Source: Rhizobium sp. Q54
GTDB lineage: Bacteria; Pseudomonadota; Alphaproteobacteria; Rickettsiales; UBA1997
DNA: 64,000 nucleotides
Direction of reading: 5' to 3'
Assembly (NCBI GenBank): GCA_945871805.1
Contig: CAMBXE010000002.1
Span: forward strand, 3,632-67,631
Made by a program: the position numbers and the translations under genes. Within the stretch, counting starts at the first letter, position 1. Every line of letters starts with the position of its first letter. Under the pieces are notes generated by a model. The model saw only the letters and a list, made by a program, of their open reading frames with translations, made no database searches and was not told where the DNA came from. Positions 1 to 6,200 of this stretch are shown here, piece after piece.

Positions 1-505
1 CTTCCGAATAAGCTTCAATTTCTGGTGCGATTTTATCGTAAAGCTCGCCGAAGCCCAACTTGTGCTCAGCCGAGATAGCCGTTGGCTCGCCGAAGCCGAG
101 CTTGTAATATTCTCCATCAAAAACCTTCTCGCCGTGATTCTCGCATTTATTGGCGATAAGTATGGTTTTTTTGCCGAGTTTACGAAGCCACTGCGCGAAG
201 TGAAAATCGCTGTTGGTAATGCCTTCTTTTGAATCAACCACGAACAAGCAAAGATCAGCGTCGGAAACCGCAACTTCGGTTTGTTCGACCATTCTTTTTT
301 CGAGCGATTTTTCGGAGATTTTATTTTCAAGACCCGCGGTGTCGATAATAACAAATTCAAGCGGCCCAAGTTTTCCTTTCGCCTCTTTGCGATCGCGAGT
401 AACGCCGGGAGTGTCGTCGGTGAGAGCGATAGATCTGCCAACTAACTTGTTAAACAGCGTTGATTTTCCGACATTCGGACGGCCGATGATTGCGATTTTA
501 AACAT
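1..505 (-). CDS. der: GTPase Der (EngA), N-terminal part; the rest of the gene lies beyond the left window edge
   Basis: Not in the ORF track because it runs off the window. The ATG is the complement of cat at 503-505. Translation gives MFKIAIIGRPNVGKSTLFNKLVGRSIALTDDTPGVTRDR...VIIDTAGLE...IANKCEN, i.e. P-loop, switch-I T, DTAG and NKxE of the first Der GTPase domain. Confidence 0.9.
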   Translation of the reverse strand, partial: MFKIAIIGRPNVGKSTLFNKLVGRSIALTDDTPGVTRDRKEAKGKLGPLEFVIIDTAGLENKISEKSLEKRMVEQTEVAVSDADLCLFVVDSKEGITNSDFHFAQWLRKLGKKTILIANKCENHGEKVFDGEYYKLGFGEPTAISAEHKLGFGELYDKIAPEIEAYSE

Positions 506-524
506 TGTTTCTCGTTACGTTAAT

Positions 525-604
525 TTGTCGCCCCGCACTTGTTGCGGAGGTCATGCAATAGCAATGAGTTAGAATTGACCCCGCAACAAATGCGGGGTGA
601 CAAA
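525..604. repeat. PAL-A palindromic repeat: two inverted copies of the unit gaccccgcaacaaRtgcggggtgacaa
   Basis: ttgtcgccccgcacttgttgcggaggtc ... gaccccgcaacaaatgcggggtgacaa. The same unit recurs at 1881-2121 and 25085-25351. Each unit is itself a CCCCGC/GCGGGG hairpin. Confidence 0.9.
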
Positions 605-606
605 TA

Positions 607-1242
607 CTAGAACTCACTCTGTTTTTTTATCGATTTTAAAAATTTTTCTTCGTCGATCTCGCCGAGAATTTCTTGCATCGAAGTTACGCCGAATTCTTTA
701 ATGCCGCAAGGGATGATATTGTCAAAGCCCGCCAGATCTGGGCTTATGTTGATGGCGATGCCGTGATAGCTCACCCATTTTTTTAGTTTAATTCCGAGTG
801 CGGCGATTTTTTTTTCGCCATTATTTTTGTCGGTAACCCAAATTCCGACGCGACCTTTTTTGATCTCGCCCTTAATTCCAAAATCAGCTAAAACCTTAAT
901 CACCCAATTTTCCAAAAACTCGACAAAGCGCGAGATATCTGGCTTCTCGGGTGCAAAGAATTTTTTCAAATCGAGCATCACGTAAATAATTTTCATGCCC
1001 GGACAATGGTAAGTATATTTCCCGCCGCGGTTAGTTTTAAAAATTGGAATATCGGTTTTAGCCAATAAATCCGCATCCTGAGCGCTAACCCCCGCAGTGT
1101 AAACTGGGTGATGCTCCAAAATCCAAATCAGCTCAGGGGCGGTTCCGGCAATAATTTCTTCAACGCGTTTTTGCATAAAATCCAGCGCATCTTCAAAATG
1201 CACTAGCTCTTTGCTGACGCGCCACTCAACATCGGGGGACAT
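607..1242 (-). CDS. lipB: octanoyltransferase LipB
   Basis: 211-aa ORF with LipB blocks: HPVYTAG, GGKYTYHCPGMKIIYVMLDL and KIAALGIKLKKWVSYHGIAINI. Confidence 0.9.
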   Translation of the reverse strand: MSPDVEWRVSKELVHFEDALDFMQKRVEEIIAGTAPELIWILEHHPVYTAGVSAQDADLLAKTDIPIFKTNRGGKYTYHCPGMKIIYVMLDLKKFFAPEKPDISRFVEFLENWVIKVLADFGIKGEIKKGRVGIWVTDKNNGEKKIAALGIKLKKWVSYHGIAINISPDLAGFDNIIPCGIKEFGVTSMQEILGEIDEEKFLKSIKKQSEF

Positions 1243-1256
1243 TTAAAATAAATTTT

Positions 1257-1874
1257 ATGATCGGGAAATTACGCGGTTTTATTGACTCAATCTCTGATGA
1301 CAAGTGCGTGATCGACGTTGCTGGCGTTGGTTACGTAGTTTTTTTGTCGCATAAAACCGCAGCATTTTTGCGCCAATTTCCGCGTGAAAAAGAAATTTCT
1401 TTAATCATCGAAACCCTTGTCAAAGAAGACGCCATCGAGCTTTACGGATTTTTTTCTGAAGTAGAAAAAATCTGGTTTTTAGAGCTAACAAAAGTGCAAG
1501 GCGTCGGCGCAAAAATGGGCCAAAAAATCTTGAGCGCCTTAACAATCGAAGATCTCGCGAAGGCTTTAATTTCTTCCGACATTAAAACATTTTCGCAAAT
1601 TTCTGGCATCGGCCCGAAACTCGCCAGTCGCCTAACTACAGAGTTGAAAGATAGTCCAAAAAAACTCGGAATTGAATATTCTGCTCCGCTAAATTCACAA
1701 AAAATCCCTGATAATCAAATTGCCTCCGACGCTCTTTCTGCTCTAGAAAATCTTGGCTACAAAAAGCACAATATTTTGCAGGTAATAAATTTCTTACTCG
1801 AAGAAAATTCAAAAATCACTTTGGAAAATTTAATTACCTCTTCTCTGAGAGAGTTAAGTAAAAATAAGTTTTAA
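1257..1874 (+). CDS. ruvA: Holliday junction DNA helicase subunit RuvA
   Basis: 205 aa. N-terminus MIGKLRGFI...VIDVAGVGYVV, HhH motifs (VQGVGAKMGQKIL, ISGIGPKLASRL), and position just upstream of ruvB. Confidence 0.9.
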   Translation: MIGKLRGFIDSISDDKCVIDVAGVGYVVFLSHKTAAFLRQFPREKEISLIIETLVKEDAIELYGFFSEVEKIWFLELTKVQGVGAKMGQKILSALTIEDLAKALISSDIKTFSQISGIGPKLASRLTTELKDSPKKLGIEYSAPLNSQKIPDNQIASDALSALENLGYKKHNILQVINFLLEENSKITLENLITSSLRELSKNKF

Positions 1875-1880
1875 AATTAT

Positions 1881-2121
1881 GGACCCCGCAACAAGTGCGG
1901 GGTGACAAGTTGAAGTGCGGAGTGACAAGTTGAAGTGTGGGGTAACAAGTTGAAGTGCGGAGTGACAAGTTGAGAGTGAAGCGCTTCAAGTTGTCACCCC
2001 GCACTTGTTGCGGGGTCCATTCACTCCCAACTTGTCACCCCACACTCCCAACTTGTCACCCCACACTCCCAACTTGTCACTCCGCACTCCCAACTTGTCA
2101 CCCCGCACTTGTTGCGGGGTC
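1881..2121. repeat. Composite 241-bp palindrome built from PAL-A units, with about 20-nt tandem sub-repeats (four per arm)
   Basis: Left arm: gaccccgcaacaagtgcggggtgacaagttgaa followed by gtgcggagtgacaagttgaa-type units. Right arm: tcccaacttgtcaccccacac-type units ending in gtcaccccgcacttgttgcggggtc. A complete inverted unit sits in the centre (1991-2016). Confidence 0.9.
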
Positions 2122-2137
2122 TATTAGCAAAATAAAA

Positions 2138-3130
2138 ATGACTAAAAACGAAGCCATCACCCCCGTCAAACAACAAGAAGACCGCAACGAAAACATTTTG
2201 CGGCCTAGTTTTTTGCGTGATTTTTTAGGCCAGGAAAAACTCAAAGAAAATTTAGAAATCTTCATTCGCGCCGCAAAAAATCGTGGCGATGTTTTAGATC
2301 ACGTTTTGTTTTACGGCCCTCCTGGCCTTGGCAAGACAACGCTCGCGCAAATTGTTGCGCATGAAATGGGTGTTGGGTTCAAAGGAACGGCGGGGCCGGT
2401 GATTTCAAAATCTGGAGATCTCGCGGCGCTTCTCACCAACTTGCAAGAAGGCGATATTTTCTTCATCGACGAGATCCACCGCATTAATAAAAATGTTGAA
2501 GAAGTGCTCTATTCCGCGATGGAAGACTTTAAGCTCGACATCATTATCGGCGAGGGTCCGGCGGCACGAGCGATTAAAATTGATCTGCCAAAATTTACTT
2601 TAGTTGGCGCAACAACGCGCATTGGTTTGATTGCAAATCCGCTCAAAGATCGCTTCGGAATTCCGCTTAGAATTAATTTTTACAGCGATGCTGAGCTTCA
2701 GCAAATTGTCTTGCGCGACGCAAAAATTTTAGAAATTGAAATCGATAAAAACGCCGCCGCAGAAATCGCCAAAAGATCGCGCGGAACCCCGCGAATCGCG
2801 ATTCGCCTGCTTAAGCGTGTGCGCGACTTTGCTTCGGCAGAAAACCAAAAATTAGTCACCCACGAAATCGCCGACTTTTCTTTGGGCCGCCTAGAAATCG
2901 ACAGCATCGGCCTTGACTCGTCCGACCGTCGCTACCTAAGGTTTATCGCTGAAAATTACCGCGGCGGCCCAGTCGGAATCGACACCATCGCCTCGGCGCT
3001 TTCGGAAGAAAGAGATTCTGTCGAAGACACAATCGAGCCATTTTTAATCCAAAAAGGCTTCGTCGAAAAAACGCCGAGAGGCCGTATTTTAACGGAATTG
3101 GCGTGGAAACATTTAGGGCTTAAAATATAA
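2138..3130 (+). CDS. ruvB: Holliday junction DNA helicase RuvB
   Basis: Start moved to the in-frame ATG at 2138 ([10 protein letters not shown]...). Walker [10 protein letters not shown] and Walker B FIDEIHR are present. The 61 codons upstream in the ORF track only translate the repeat (LPTCHPT x4). Confidence 0.9.
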   Translation: MTKNEAITPVKQQEDRNENILRPSFLRDFLGQEKLKENLEIFIRAAKNRGDVLDHVLFYGPPGLGKTTLAQIVAHEMGVGFKGTAGPVISKSGDLAALLTNLQEGDIFFIDEIHRINKNVEEVLYSAMEDFKLDIIIGEGPAARAIKIDLPKFTLVGATTRIGLIANPLKDRFGIPLRINFYSDAELQQIVLRDAKILEIEIDKNAAAEIAKRSRGTPRIAIRLLKRVRDFASAENQKLVTHEIADFSLGRLEIDSIGLDSSDRRYLRFIAENYRGGPVGIDTIASALSEERDSVEDTIEPFLIQKGFVEKTPRGRILTELAWKHLGLKI

Positions 3131-3213
3131 AATATCGTCGGAATGTTGATTGCGGGAAGCTGAAATCGATCTAATTGTATTTGTGAATTCCTATTAAATT
3201 TTAAGTTAAAAAA

Positions 3214-6200
3214 ATGTCGGGAAAAGAAATTATCGAGAAGTTTATCAGGGAACTCGAGGAAGAAAGCGAAATTTATAATAAATTCTCTAAAGAAGTGGTT
3301 AAAAGCGACGGGAAATCTGTTAATCAAAAATTTCTAGAAGGATGTGATAGTGGCGATAGGAATAATAGAATTCTTGCCCTGTTCCCAGGCGATGAAGTGA
3401 GAGAAACTGCGGATAGACTCTTATTCGCTTTTCCTCGAAAAAAATTTGAATTGATAAAAGCCGCTCTTGAAACCAGGGCGAAAAAGGCATTACTAACGGA
3501 GGATGAGGCGAATGGCGCTCTCGAAACAGTGAGAAATGCACTCAAATTAGATGAGCATTCATTTGGCTTTTTTGACGAAACTATAAATGGTATAAATCTA
3601 GAAGCCGTTGTTTTAAAAAAAGATTTTCCAGAATTAACAGAAGCGGAATTCTCTGGCATGAAAAATGAAGATATTATTGCTTCTTCTTGGACCTATGAAG
3701 GCCCTGGTCAAAATGGATTGACAGAGGATAAATCCTCCGACATGTACCTGGTTAAAAGGGGCGACAAGATTTATATTTTTTGTCAGAAGAAAGATGAGGA
3801 GTACGAGTGCAAAGAGGTAAAAAATGCTGGGGAAGTTGCTGCCGCAGTTCAGGAGATTAAGCCGGATAAACAGGGCAATGAATATCTTGATACTCCAAAT
3901 CAAATCAAAAAAGGCAGATTAGTTAAGGTTGGCGAGACGAGGAGAGTCCTGGTCGCACATCCCAATTTGGATGACACGAAATTAAAAGATCTTTTGGCCA
4001 AACTAGAAGGCAAAGACGCCATAGATGATCCCGACAAGAGTCTTCTGCTTATGATTTCTGAGGTATTTATTGCCAACAATGGAATGTCGGAACTTTTTCA
4101 GCGTCCGTTGAGTTTGGAAGAAACAACAGATTTTCTTAGATTTTTAACGAAAGGTATTGGTTCGATGAAGAATCCAACTTTCGCCGCGCGCATCATTTTG
4201 TGTGATCAAGAAAAATTGAATAGGATCAAAACCGCTTTTGGCGTGGCTAACTCGTTTGCTTCTGAATTTTTTCAAGGAAGTCAGCACGTGCAGTACACGA
4301 AAGATAAATTTATCACGTCGGGGCCCGACACAAAATTCTCTGAAGTCCCTGCCAAGGAAGGAGAGTCAGAAAAGGAAGCGGCTAAAAAAACAAGAGAAGA
4401 TGGCAATGCTAAGCGTGAAGCATTAAAGCAAGAAATTCTGAGCGGAAATAAAGCCTGTTTATACAGTTCGGGTGCTCATCATATTGGTTTGGTATTTGGG
4501 GGTGTTAAGGATGGAAAGCGCCAAATCTACATTCAAGATTCAACAGAAGGTAAAACACAAGACATTGCAAAAAACTACGCGACAGCGATAAAGCAATTTT
4601 ACACAGAGAAATATGACATTATAAAAACAGTCCAGAAAAAAGACGCAGAACAGATGTTTGCCGGTCTAAACGGTCTTGGTATAGAAAACCAGTGTCGATA
4701 TTCCGCGATAATTTTTTCAGAAAGGGTTTTGGCCGAAGTTAAAGAGGGAAGACCTCCAGAGAAGCTTTCGATAAAATATGGACAAGCAGATTTCGAACGT
4801 AAATTCGCCGAATGGTTTGATAAAAGTCAACTCGGTCAAGAAATTTCTGGCCCAAAAAAAAGCCCCGCCCCCGAGGTCGAGAAGTCAAAATCTGAGTTCG
4901 TTACACTTGAATACAAAGGTAAAGCAGGTTCCAAAGCAAAGATTGCACAGTTGACGAGAGAGCAAATCTTGGGGGGGGTTTACTCAGATCACTTGCCACA
5001 AGTTTTTGATATCAAGCTTACGGCGCCAAAAGAAGCTGATGAAGCTTCGGCAAAGGAATCGAATATAAAGATTCTTTCCTGGAATGTTTTGGGGCAATGT
5101 CGTCAGGAATCTACGGCTACAGTATCGGGTCGTGATATTGTAAATCATGCAAATAATCCATGGAATCATGAAGAGAGCGAACAAGTTTTTAAAGACAGAA
5201 GAATTAAGCAGAATAATTTTATTAAGACGAATTTCGCGGATAAAGGCGCAGATATAATCTGTCTGCAAGAATATACTGTTATTAACGATGCAGCAGCCTC
5301 CGAAAAACTTTGTGAAGAGCTCAAGACTAAGTTAGGAGGCGAGTGGAATTATAAGTTTTCGAGGGAGGCGGGGAAGAAAAAATTAAACGTTACATTCTAC
5401 AATGGCGCTAAGCTTAAAGTTGTTGGCGAAGCTGTGCTTGGGTTAAACACTAATGATACGGGAAAACCATTTAACTGCGCTACAGAACTTACATTTAAGC
5501 GCGATAAGCAGGAATTTATCGTCTCCAACGTTCATTCTGCTGCATATGGGGAAAATAAGAAGGTTGAGGAATATTTGTCTGAGTCCCAAAAGAAAAACTT
5601 GCCATTTTTTGCGGTCGGCGATTTTAACGGAGATGCGAATAGTTTTGATAAAACTCATCGGCCATTCGCGCCAAATGGGGCAACTAATTTTGATGCCCCT
5701 CTAGTTGGGGGGATTTATGATAGAAGGGATGGCGCAGAAATGGTGGTGCAGAATAAGTGCTACGATATGGCTTTTGCTGTTTTGCCGACGGGATTTAAAG
5801 CTAAAGTGAAATGCGTTGGAAGGGTCTTCAATGAAGGGTTACAATCAATCGGTGACAGTGAGAGACTTTCCTCCTTTGGCGCCCCAACCCCCACCAAAAC
5901 CGTCGTCAAAGTCAAGCAGTCGAAGCCTTCAATCGGAAGAGCGCTAACAATCAACCCAGAAGATTGGTCGAAGAAATATGGGCACATTCCTAGAGAAAAA
6001 AATAGCTTAACAGATTCTCTCGCAAAGACTCTTGTGGAAAATATTACAACGACAGCGCAAGCCGAGATGGTGCTTCGCGCTGTTCAGGCAAGTGTCCAGC
6101 GTCTTGAAGATAAAAAAAGCGAGGATGCTGCGACTCTGTTGTGGATTGCTTTTAAAAAAGCCGGGGTTTCTTCAGCGGTTCAGGAAATTTTTTTCGAAGT

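Noticed and set aside
213..572. 119-aa plus-strand ORF
   Set aside because: It is antisense to the clearly recognisable der GTPase gene and runs into the PAL-A repeat. It has no motifs of its own.
1881..2121. Possible CRISPR array (regularly spaced ~20-nt repeats; also considered for 25056-25351)
   Set aside because: The units are contiguous or form mirror-image arms with no unique spacers. They belong to dispersed palindromic families, and no cas genes are present.
1955..2137. 61-codon N-terminal extension of ruvB in the ORF track, with repeated LPTCHPT peptides
   Set aside because: It is merely the translation of the right arm of the composite palindrome. A conventional RuvB N-terminus starts at the in-frame ATG at 2138.
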